Source: Bdellovibrio sp. (GTDB taxonomy: Bacteria; Bdellovibrionota; Bdellovibrionia; Bdellovibrionales; Bdellovibrionaceae). Taken from it: DNA of 55,437 nucleotides. The DNA lies in assembly GCA_046318155.1 (NCBI GenBank), contig JBKCUU010000005.1, forward strand, positions 1-55,437, in the 5' to 3' direction. Positions 39,359 through 46,942 of the stretch are shown one piece after another (positions within the stretch are counted from its first letter, which is position 1; every line of letters starts with the position of its first letter). Both the position numbers and the translations under genes were made by a program. The notes beneath the pieces are model-generated. The model did not search any database. It was not told the DNA's origin and saw only the letters and a list, made by a program, of their open reading frames with translations.

Positions 39359-39967
39359 ATGAAGGGTCTATTGCAGACAGCTTTTTTGGCTTGCGGTTTC
39401 GTTATCTCAGTTTCGGTGATGGCGCAAAGTTCGAACGCAAAGCCAAGCACCAACATGGATTCGATGTTTCGTGCTTACTCGACTGAAATGGGTATTTGTG
39501 CGGGCCCTGCATCTTCGCTTTGCGGAAAAAAAACCAAAGACCTGCAAATTAACGCGAGTGAGTTTAAGTGTCTCTACGGCAAGGTATTTCGCATGACTCG
39601 AGAGTATTTACCTGTTTTGGACAACACGGATTGTTCTCGCAAAATTAAAGAGATCAGCGCGGAGTTCGATGCGCACACGGCTCAGTTCACAAAAACTCTG
39701 TACGATATTTTCGAGGGTAACAAGACTTTGATCGAGGCCTCGTGCAAGGGTAAGGTCAAAGAAGTTTGCAAAGTCGATCAAGTCAGTCTGATGTCTTTTA
39801 AATGCTTATGGGACGCCTCTACCCGCCGAACGCGCAATGCGATGCCCAAATACGACGGCTCGCCATGCGATAAAGAGGTCAAAAAACTCGTTGCCCAGAA
39901 CAGCTTTGGCGCGGCAAAAGCCCCCGCTGCAAACGGTGTCAGCCCCGCAACCCCCCCAACCCGCTAA
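39359..39967 (+). CDS. Secreted cysteine-rich repeat protein
   Basis: GGAGG RBS before ATG 39359, signal peptide and two internal repeats with C...C...FKCL...C spacing. Confidence 0.78.
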   Translation: MKGLLQTAFLACGFVISVSVMAQSSNAKPSTNMDSMFRAYSTEMGICAGPASSLCGKKTKDLQINASEFKCLYGKVFRMTREYLPVLDNTDCSRKIKEISAEFDAHTAQFTKTLYDIFEGNKTLIEASCKGKVKEVCKVDQVSLMSFKCLWDASTRRTRNAMPKYDGSPCDKEVKKLVAQNSFGAAKAPAANGVSPATPPTR

Positions 39968-39989
39968 TGTAGCTGCTACATTGTGTGGA
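39967..39989 (+). repeat. 23-bp repeat, left copy (contains palindrome ATGTAGC-W-GCTACAT)
   Basis: atgtagctgctacattgtgtgga is the exact reverse complement of 40567-40589. Confidence 0.88.
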
Positions 39990-40038
39990 GGCGCTGCGTT
40001 CGGCGCTAACCGCTCTTTCAGTACTTTTGAAAGATCAT

Positions 40039-40055
40039 TTACTTTACTAAAGTAA
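40039..40055. promoter_or_regulatory. Putative HxlR/YodB-type operator TTACTTT-N3-AAAGTAA
   Basis: Perfect inverted repeat containing TACT-N7-AGTA, about 40 nt upstream of the hxlR-family start. Confidence 0.6.
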
Positions 40056-40096
40056 GTGCTATGGTGGGCTCCGAAAATAGAACCATGTGAGGCACC

Positions 40097-40558
40097 ATGC
40101 TTGATCAAGACCAGATAAAAACCGCGACCACAACCGTATTCACAGCGCCGGATGAAGCTAAAGAAGTGCAGACTTTTAAGAAGAGCTGCGAGAAGAACCA
40201 AGAGTGCCCCGTAAAAGAGGTTCTCAAGTTCTTGGCTGGCGCCTGGACCGTTGAAATATTTTATCACCTGCTTGAAAAGCCGCTTCGCTTTGGTGAAATT
40301 CAGCGTGCGATCGGTGCTTCACCCAAGATGCTCACTACGCGTTTGCGTGAACTCGAAGACTGGGGCGTTGTTCGCCGCGAAATCGTGTCCTCTAAACCAG
40401 TGGCCGTTTACTACCATTTGACTGAATTTGGACGTGAGTTTGGACCTGTGATGGAGGCCATTGTTGCCGTTGGCGACAAGCTCCTGACAGGTCGTAAAGA
40501 GCGTAAACAGCGTGAGCAACTGATGGCAGCTGCAGCCACCGTTGCTGGTGCTCAGTAA
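40097..40558 (+). CDS. HxlR/DUF24-family winged-helix transcriptional regulator
   Basis: CPV...LAGAW, LRFGEI, SPKMLTTRLRELE and VYYHLTEFG. Confidence 0.9.
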   Translation: MLDQDQIKTATTTVFTAPDEAKEVQTFKKSCEKNQECPVKEVLKFLAGAWTVEIFYHLLEKPLRFGEIQRAIGASPKMLTTRLRELEDWGVVRREIVSSKPVAVYYHLTEFGREFGPVMEAIVAVGDKLLTGRKERKQREQLMAAAATVAGAQ

Positions 40559-40566
40559 GCGCCGCA

Positions 40567-40589
40567 TCCACACAATGTAGCAGCTACAT
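40567..40589 (-). repeat. 23-bp repeat, right copy (inverted)
   Basis: tccacacaatgtagcagctacat, the inverse of 39967-39989. Confidence 0.88.
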
Positions 40590-40622
40590 AAAAAAAGGGA
40601 GGCCGGTGACCTCCCTTTTTTT
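40590..40622. terminator. Bidirectional intrinsic terminator
   Basis: A7-gggagg-ccggtga-cctccc-T7 between convergent genes. Confidence 0.85.
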
Positions 40623-40643
40623 GATTCGAATTTAATCTTGCGA

Positions 40644-41513
40644 TTAGAAATTCAAACGAACGCCAAGAGCTACGTTAGTGCCCATGTACGCTTTAACTTT
40701 TGCAGAACCAGCGCTATCAGTTAGGTCGCGAGAAGAGTGCTGCTCAAGACCGATTGACAACAAGCCAGTCGCCATGTCGTTGAAATCGTAAGACGCGTTG
40801 CCAGTCAATTGCAAGAAGCCTTCGCCTTTTCTTTTTTCCTCAGGAGTTGTCTTGCGAGTTGTGTCGCCAACCATGATGTAAGCCAACTCGCCGCCTACGA
40901 AACCCATTCCGTAGTTGTACTCAGCGAAACCTGCCAATTTAGTGACGTTTCCACCAGTTGTTTTGATGTCTGTGCCGTTAGCATCAGCAGTGCGCTCTTG
41001 AGGAAGAGTGATTGACAAATCACCACCGTAGTTCCACTCAGACGCATTCATCAACACGCCGACGTTCGCTTTCAAAGACAAACCACCAGATGAACGATTT
41101 GTTGTCTCGCCAGCTGCGTTTGATTTGCTTTTGCCCATGTTGATTCCGAGGTCAGCACCCCAGTGAATCATGTCAGAGAAACCTTTGTAGTACACGTGCA
41201 AGTCGCCCATTCCAGAAGCTGATGAATCAGAAGAGCCGGATTTAGTTTTTTCTGAACCAGTGAAAGTGTAAACACCGATCGCTGCAGTTTCAGTCAAACC
41301 GTAAGCGTAATTGAGGTTAAAATCTGCAGTTGTAACACCTGCATCTGTTTCAGTTGAACCGGATTCAGTTTTAATTGGATCTGCGTTCATCGAGTATTGC
41401 AACTCAACTGCTTGTGCGCCAGCTGCGGGTTGAAAGTAGTACTCAGTTGATGCCTTACCAAATGCTGTTGACGCAGCCATTGTGATAACAGCAGTGAGAA
41501 TCATTTTCTTCAT
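40644..41513 (-). CDS. Outer-membrane beta-barrel protein
   Basis: Signal peptide, alternating beta-strand pattern rich in G/Y/N and a C-terminal LGVRLNF (terminal Phe); strong AAGGAG RBS. Confidence 0.8.
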   Translation of the reverse strand: MKKMILTAVITMAASTAFGKASTEYYFQPAAGAQAVELQYSMNADPIKTESGSTETDAGVTTADFNLNYAYGLTETAAIGVYTFTGSEKTKSGSSDSSASGMGDLHVYYKGFSDMIHWGADLGINMGKSKSNAAGETTNRSSGGLSLKANVGVLMNASEWNYGGDLSITLPQERTADANGTDIKTTGGNVTKLAGFAEYNYGMGFVGGELAYIMVGDTTRKTTPEEKRKGEGFLQLTGNASYDFNDMATGLLSIGLEQHSSRDLTDSAGSAKVKAYMGTNVALGVRLNF

Positions 41514-41705
41514 GTTGTTTTCTCCTTAAGAGGGTTTGTTTGCATTTAGCAACAGGAACGATTGTGTTGAAGTGATCGCCAAACGACAAGAGAAATCCTC
41601 TATCTTAATCTTAAGATTTCTGTGAGTTACTGCGCAACGTCGAACAACTGTGTTCTAAAGTGTACAGGAAGCAGAGCGTGGCGCCTCTTAATTTTTAATC
41701 AATTT

Positions 41706-42557
41706 TCAGGAAGCTTGAGGCGTTTCCAAAAGAAACGCGCGAATTTTCGCGAAAACCTCGTCCCGGCCAAGATCGTTGACCAGCTCGTGTTTCCGGTTTG
41801 TGAACACTTGATACTCGATGTTGGCGTGTGACAAGCCCTCGATGAAGTTCAAATTCGTTCGCGTGCTGACCACGCGGTCATGATCTGCTAATAAAAACAG
41901 CATGCGCCCGCGCCAAATCATGGGACGAGCCAAAATGTTTTGCGTGCATTCAAGCGCGCCCAAATAAGCACCCGAAGAAATTTTCTTATGGCGAAGCGTA
42001 TCGCGCTCATACTCGTGTAGAACTTCAGGATCGCTCGAGAGATCTTCATTCTTAATCTCATTACTCAAAGTCAGACGCGGAATCAGCTGCCGGACAAACA
42101 AAGCGCCGATTTCTTTCACGGCCGGTACCTGCAAAGCCAAGCCTAAAAACGGTGAGCTTAAAATCTGCGGCTTAAGGTTTCCGTCTTGAATGCTCCCCAA
42201 GGCGCTGAGCTGAACCAGCGCCCCCATCGAATGCGCAAAATAAACGAGCGGGTAGGCACCCGTAAAGCGAGGGACGACTTGCCGACTCAACAGCTCAAAG
42301 TCGCGGGTATAGTCTGAAAAGCTCGAAACATAGCCGCGCTGCCCATGCGAACGCCCGTGTCCGCGCAAATCCCAAAGCAAAAATCCCCAGCCCATCGGCG
42401 CCAGAGCCTCGATCAAGCGGTGGTAACAGTCCGAGTGTTCACCTTGCCCATGGGTGATGACCAAAAGTCCTTTGATCGGCGTCTCGGGGAGCCACGATTG
42501 AAAATACAATTTGGTTTGATGGACGCCTTCAAAGAAGCCTTCGGAACGCTTGAGCAT
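41706..42557 (-). CDS. Alpha/beta hydrolase, lysophospholipase (Hydrolase_4) family
   Basis: HGQGEH, DLRGHGRS, AHSMGA nucleophile elbow, DRVV and HEL. Confidence 0.88.
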   Translation of the reverse strand: MLKRSEGFFEGVHQTKLYFQSWLPETPIKGLLVITHGQGEHSDCYHRLIEALAPMGWGFLLWDLRGHGRSHGQRGYVSSFSDYTRDFELLSRQVVPRFTGAYPLVYFAHSMGALVQLSALGSIQDGNLKPQILSSPFLGLALQVPAVKEIGALFVRQLIPRLTLSNEIKNEDLSSDPEVLHEYERDTLRHKKISSGAYLGALECTQNILARPMIWRGRMLFLLADHDRVVSTRTNLNFIEGLSHANIEYQVFTNRKHELVNDLGRDEVFAKIRAFLLETPQAS

Positions 42558-42641
42558 ATCTCCCAAGCTTCTCGAATTTAGCCCGCAAGTGCAAGGCTTA
42601 GGGGCTTGACCCCTTGCAACCGCCAGGTCTAGAAGAGGGGT

Positions 42642-43280
42642 ATGACTTTAGAACAGTTGATGCAGGTTTCAGCAGAGGGACGCGACACCAAATGGGAAGA
42701 CCAATTTCTTCAGGCTTTTGCATCGGCAAACGTCACGTTGCTTAGCCCCGATCCCCAGACGGGCCCTGACAACTGGCCCTACCTGTTGGTGCAAACTTCT
42801 GGCGCCGCCGGTGAGCCCTCGCAAAAGATTCTAGAATGGCTCGGCACTCGCGGCATCGGCTTGGCCGTCAATCCCCAAAAAGAGTACCCCGATTTTGTGT
42901 TGTCTTACGGAATGATTTGGAACTTTCGCGAAACCGGAAAATTCATCCAGCGTGGTCTTGAAGAACGTCCCGAAAGTGCGACAAAAATTAATCTCGACAG
43001 GTTGGCACATGCCGGAACACCCTCGCCGCAGTATTTGCCCACTTATGTCCGGCAAGTCGTGCGCGAGTTCTTTAGGGACCAAGGGATTTTGAACGCCCGT
43101 ATTTTGGTGATGAGCGAAGACCGTAAGAACTACGATCTGGCGTTCTCACTCGAATCGCTTGGTAACCCGCCCGAGTCGGAATGGGCCGGCGTCGGCGAAG
43201 CGCTGTCGTGGTTTCTCCCTCCTCACTATTCGATTTTACTCGTGAGTGAAAAGGGATTGCCAGAGTTCAGTCAACTCTAG
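42642..43280 (+). CDS. Hypothetical protein, possibly SseB-like
   Basis: 212-aa ORF with GAGGGG RBS; the GPDNWPY and WFLPPHYS segments look conserved. Family assignment is tentative. Confidence 0.7.
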   Translation: MTLEQLMQVSAEGRDTKWEDQFLQAFASANVTLLSPDPQTGPDNWPYLLVQTSGAAGEPSQKILEWLGTRGIGLAVNPQKEYPDFVLSYGMIWNFRETGKFIQRGLEERPESATKINLDRLAHAGTPSPQYLPTYVRQVVREFFRDQGILNARILVMSEDRKNYDLAFSLESLGNPPESEWAGVGEALSWFLPPHYSILLVSEKGLPEFSQL

Positions 43281-43295
43281 ATCACCACGAAGTCC

Positions 43296-43694
43296 TTAAT
43301 CAAACTCGCCCGGGGCGGGTAATAGATCCACCAGGCATTCGCGCCAATACTCGGGCGCATCATCGGTGTAATCGATACCGATTTCAAAGCCCTCTTTACC
43401 GACAAACCGAGTTCGGGCCACTTTACCGGCGATCTCCAGGTTGAGATCAGGCAGATGAATCAAAATCTTGTCGCCGATCAAAGCGTCGAGATTGAGGTTC
43501 TTGCGTAAGACTACGGGGACAAGATCTTCACGTTTGATCATCAAGAGAATGCCGCTGGTTGAAGCCTCGATGACTTCTCCGCCGCGGGCAATCTTGCTTA
43601 AACTTTCGAGCGACGAAACGGACGAAACGTTCACAGGCGTCAGCTCCTTGCGTGGGGCCATCCGATTCGACTTTGCTAAATTTGTCTTTGCCAT
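43296..43694 (-). CDS. PilZ-domain protein
   Basis: RxxxR motif (RMAPR), a degenerate D/NxSxxG (EASTSG) and beta-barrel pattern ending EIGIDY. Confidence 0.7.
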   Translation of the reverse strand: MAKTNLAKSNRMAPRKELTPVNVSSVSSLESLSKIARGGEVIEASTSGILLMIKREDLVPVVLRKNLNLDALIGDKILIHLPDLNLEIAGKVARTRFVGKEGFEIGIDYTDDAPEYWRECLVDLLPAPGEFD

Positions 43695-43746
43695 TTGTCC
43701 ACCACGTTTCTTCTCACAGACTGAGCAGAGGTTCTTGTTACAGAAC

Positions 43747-43773
43747 TCATCGGATAAACGGGACCGAAGTTAA
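43747..43773 (-). promoter_or_regulatory. Putative sigma28 (FliA) promoter
   Basis: Minus strand reads TTAA-N15-TCCGATGA upstream of the PilZ gene. Confidence 0.4.
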
Positions 43774-43822
43774 GGAGAAACTCGATGAAAGTAAGGTTCA
43801 AACAAGATGAAAGGCCTGAAAG

Positions 43823-44377
43823 TCAGAGAGTTCTGCGCACGATGGCGAATTGGTAGATTTCCTTTTCGAAAGTCAATCCCCAGGCCTTAAGTCCTGCCTC
43901 TTTCTGCCGATGAGAGAGCTGAAACATCTCATATTGAGACTTGCGCTTCCAAGAATGCACAACTACGCCAGACAAAACGGGGGGTTGATCCGGGCCTCTG
44001 AGGGCTTTAAATCCGGCTTCTTTCGCGCACCAAAGCGCAGCATAAGTGGGGGCCGCCGCAAATTCGGCCGGGTCTTCACACACGCGAGCGGCGACCTCGG
44101 GTTTCACTCGACCCTTGATTTCAAGATCAAACCCGACGGTTGTCGCTTCGCCCTTGGGATAGTAAATCATGGCGTAGCCGCCTAAGCCCTTGGCGTGTGA
44201 AACCGAAGTATCGGTGAAACCATCTTTGCCGTAAGCGCGCTCGCTTAAGTCTAAACGGATTTTCTCGCGGTGGCCTTCCACGTGAGCGCCCCATTCGGGT
44301 TTGAGGTGCAGCTCGAAGGTCTGCACACCCAGCAAGATCGCCATGTCATCGAGTTCATCTCGAGAAAAAAACGTCAT
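43823..44377 (-). CDS. 4'-phosphopantetheinyl transferase superfamily protein
   Basis: SVSH, VGFDLE and WCAKEAGFKA motifs. ATG 44377 overlaps the nadA stop. Confidence 0.8.
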   Translation of the reverse strand: MTFFSRDELDDMAILLGVQTFELHLKPEWGAHVEGHREKIRLDLSERAYGKDGFTDTSVSHAKGLGGYAMIYYPKGEATTVGFDLEIKGRVKPEVAARVCEDPAEFAAAPTYAALWCAKEAGFKALRGPDQPPVLSGVVVHSWKRKSQYEMFQLSHRQKEAGLKAWGLTFEKEIYQFAIVRRTL

Positions 44378-45357
44378 AAGGGGAGCGCAGGAGCGACAAA
44401 AGAGGAAGGCCAAGTCACAGGTTTACCCGAGGTAATAGCCATCATGCGGTCGAGCGACACTTGGGCCTTCAAACGCAGTGGATCCGAAAGACTGACTTCG
44501 GGCTTGAGCGTTTGCAGTGCGAGCTTAATTTTTTCGAGTGAGTTGAGTTTCATATAGGGGCAGTTGTTGCACTCACAAGTTTCGTCTTCAGAGGGCGCTT
44601 GCAAGATTTCGGCATCAGGACGCAGTTTTTTCATCTGGTGAAAAATACCGGTCTCGGTGGCCACGATAAAAGTTTTGGCCGGGTTGTTTTTGACCTCTTC
44701 AAGGAGGCGCGATGTCGAGCCAATGACGTGCGCATGCATCAGCACGTTTTCGTCACACTCGGGGTGCGCAATCACGACTGCATCTGGACGCTCTTGAATC
44801 ATCTCGTACAAGCGACGAAACGAAAACAGCATGTGCACTTCACAAGAACCAGGCCACAAAATCAGCTCGCGCTTCATTTCGCGCGCCAGGTAGCGGCCCA
44901 AGTTCGCATCCGGTCCAAACAACACCGGGCGGTCTTTGGGGATCGCATTCACAATTTGTTCGGCATTACTTGAAGTCACGATCACGTCCGAGATCGCTTT
45001 AACTTCGGCGCTTGAGTTAATATAGGTGACCGCAACGCCGTTCGGGTATTTCTGACGCCAAGCTAAGTACTCATCATACGGAGCGCCTTTAACCAAAGAG
45101 CAGCTTGATTCAAGATCAGGGACTAAAACCTTTTTGGTGGGATTTAAGATTTTCACGCTCTCGGCCATAAAGACCACGCCCGCCAGTAAGATCACATCTG
45201 CTTTGGATTGCTGCCCCATCTTTGCGAGATAAAAAGAATCGCCGACGGCATCGGCCACATCTTGGATTTCGCCCTCGGCGTAGTAATGCGCCAGAACCAC
45301 CGCGTTCTTCTCGGTTTTGAGTTTTTGAATGTCGGCAGCAAGATCGATGGTCGCCAT
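44374..45357 (-). CDS. nadA: Quinolinate synthase A
   Basis: LAHYY, GVVFMAE, YINSSAEVKA, TSSNA, PDANLG, CEVH, AHPEC and CPYMK. Confidence 0.95.
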   Translation of the reverse strand: MATIDLAADIQKLKTEKNAVVLAHYYAEGEIQDVADAVGDSFYLAKMGQQSKADVILLAGVVFMAESVKILNPTKKVLVPDLESSCSLVKGAPYDEYLAWRQKYPNGVAVTYINSSAEVKAISDVIVTSSNAEQIVNAIPKDRPVLFGPDANLGRYLAREMKRELILWPGSCEVHMLFSFRRLYEMIQERPDAVVIAHPECDENVLMHAHVIGSTSRLLEEVKNNPAKTFIVATETGIFHQMKKLRPDAEILQAPSEDETCECNNCPYMKLNSLEKIKLALQTLKPEVSLSDPLRLKAQVSLDRMMAITSGKPVTWPSSFVAPALPL

Positions 45358-45379
45358 GGTCCCTCAGGGGCTAAAAGCC

Positions 45380-45973
45380 TTAGATGGTGGACCCACCCTT
45401 TAGCACATGCAGAATGGACTTTGAAACGGTTTTCAGACTGTCCATCACGCCTTTGCCCTCAGCAGCTGTCGCCTCGAAATCAGGGGCATTATGCAGGTTT
45501 AATTGCGACCGGAGTTCTTTGAGGGAGGCCGCGTTGGGCAGATCCCGCTTATTGTATTGCAGAACAAGCGGGACTTCTGTGATGTCGTAGCCCTGAGCCT
45601 CGAGGTTGGTTTCGAGGTTGCGCATCGATTCAAGATTCTCTTCCATCCGCTCCGTTTGCGAGTCGGCGACGAAAACCACGCCGTCTAAACCTTTTAGAAT
45701 CAATTTTCGAGAGGCATCGTAGACGACTTGGCCGGGGACCGTGTACAAGTGAAAGCGTGTTTTGTAGCCACGGATCTCGCCGATGTTCAGAGGTAAGAAA
45801 TCAAAAAACAGCGTGCGTTCGATGTCGGTGTTCAGAGCCACAAGCTTGGATTTTTGCTCGTTCATGGTTTGCTGGTAAACCCATTGTAAATTGGTCGTCT
45901 TACCGCCGAGCGACGGCCCGTAGTAAACGATTTTGCAGTGAATTTCTTTGGCGTTATGATTGAAGAATGACAT
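45380..45973 (-). CDS. mglA: Ras-like small GTPase MglA
   Basis: MSFFNHNAKEIHCKIVYYGPSLGGKTTN, RTLFFDF, TVPGQ and NKRD. Start ATG 45973. Confidence 0.95.
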   Translation of the reverse strand: MSFFNHNAKEIHCKIVYYGPSLGGKTTNLQWVYQQTMNEQKSKLVALNTDIERTLFFDFLPLNIGEIRGYKTRFHLYTVPGQVVYDASRKLILKGLDGVVFVADSQTERMEENLESMRNLETNLEAQGYDITEVPLVLQYNKRDLPNAASLKELRSQLNLHNAPDFEATAAEGKGVMDSLKTVSKSILHVLKGGSTI

Positions 45974-46001
45974 CTGACCTCTAGTGTACGCAGACTTTAG
46001 G

Positions 46002-46616
46002 TCAGAGCTCAACTCGGTTTTCGAGAGCTCGGGACATCGTGCGCTCATCGACGTACTCAATATTGCCGCCGATGGGGACACCGTGAGCAATTCGGCTGAG
46101 GCGTAAATTTTTATTTGCGAGGGCTTTGGTCAGATACAAAACCGTGGTGTCGCCTTCAAGGTCAGCATCTAAAGCTAAAATGATTTCACGTACTTGAGTG
46201 CGGTCACCCGCAAGGCCGGCGTTTACTTTTTGGATCAATTCTTGGATGCGCAGATCTTGCGGACCGATGCCTTCAAGCGGAGAAATCGTTCCGTGCAAAA
46301 CATGGTAACGACCGCGAAAAGCACCCGATGATTCGATACGCATAATGTCTGAGGGTTCTTCGACCACGCAAAGTGAGTCGTCGGCGCGGTGAGCATCTTT
46401 GCAATAACGGCAGACATCGCTGTCGGTGTAGTTAAAGCAAGACGGGCACGTGTGCACCTCAGCCCTCACGCGCTCCAGAGCCTCGCCCAAGCGGACCGAG
46501 TACTCATGCGGCGCTCGCAAAATATGGTACGCCAAGCGCTGCGCGGTCTTGGGGCCAATGCCCGGAAGACGCGAGAGTTCGTGAACCAATTTTTCGAGAG
46601 CTGAAATATTAAGCAT
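46002..46616 (-). CDS. recR: Recombination mediator RecR
   Basis: LPGIGPKTAQRLA, C4 zinc finger and Toprim (YHVLHG, EGDTT). Confidence 0.96.
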   Translation of the reverse strand: MLNISALEKLVHELSRLPGIGPKTAQRLAYHILRAPHEYSVRLGEALERVRAEVHTCPSCFNYTDSDVCRYCKDAHRADDSLCVVEEPSDIMRIESSGAFRGRYHVLHGTISPLEGIGPQDLRIQELIQKVNAGLAGDRTQVREIILALDADLEGDTTVLYLTKALANKNLRLSRIAHGVPIGGNIEYVDERTMSRALENRVEL

Positions 46617-46618
46617 TC

Positions 46619-46942
46619 TTAGAACATGCCTGGGATGTTCATGCCGCCCGTGACTTTTTCCATCTCTTTGGCCGAGGTGTCGCGCGCCACTTTAATGGCG
46701 TCGTTGGTCGCAGCTAAAATCAAATCTTGCAACATCTCAACGTCACCGGATTTTATCACGTCAGGCGTGATGACCACAGATTTCAAAAAGTGATCCCCGT
46801 TCACAGTCACCTTAACGGCGCCGCCACCAGCGGTTCCGTCATAGAGACGTGCTTGGAGTTCTTCTTGAACCTTCTTCATTTTGCTTTGCATTTGATTGGC
46901 TTGTCTCAAAAGTTGAGCCATGCCGCCGGCGTTGCCTTTCAT
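46619..46942 (-). CDS. ybaB: YbaB/EbfC nucleoid-associated protein
   Basis: AGGGAVKVTVNG and DVEMLQDLILAA; lies between dnaX and recR. Confidence 0.93.
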   Translation of the reverse strand: MKGNAGGMAQLLRQANQMQSKMKKVQEELQARLYDGTAGGGAVKVTVNGDHFLKSVVITPDVIKSGDVEMLQDLILAATNDAIKVARDTSAKEMEKVTGGMNIPGMF

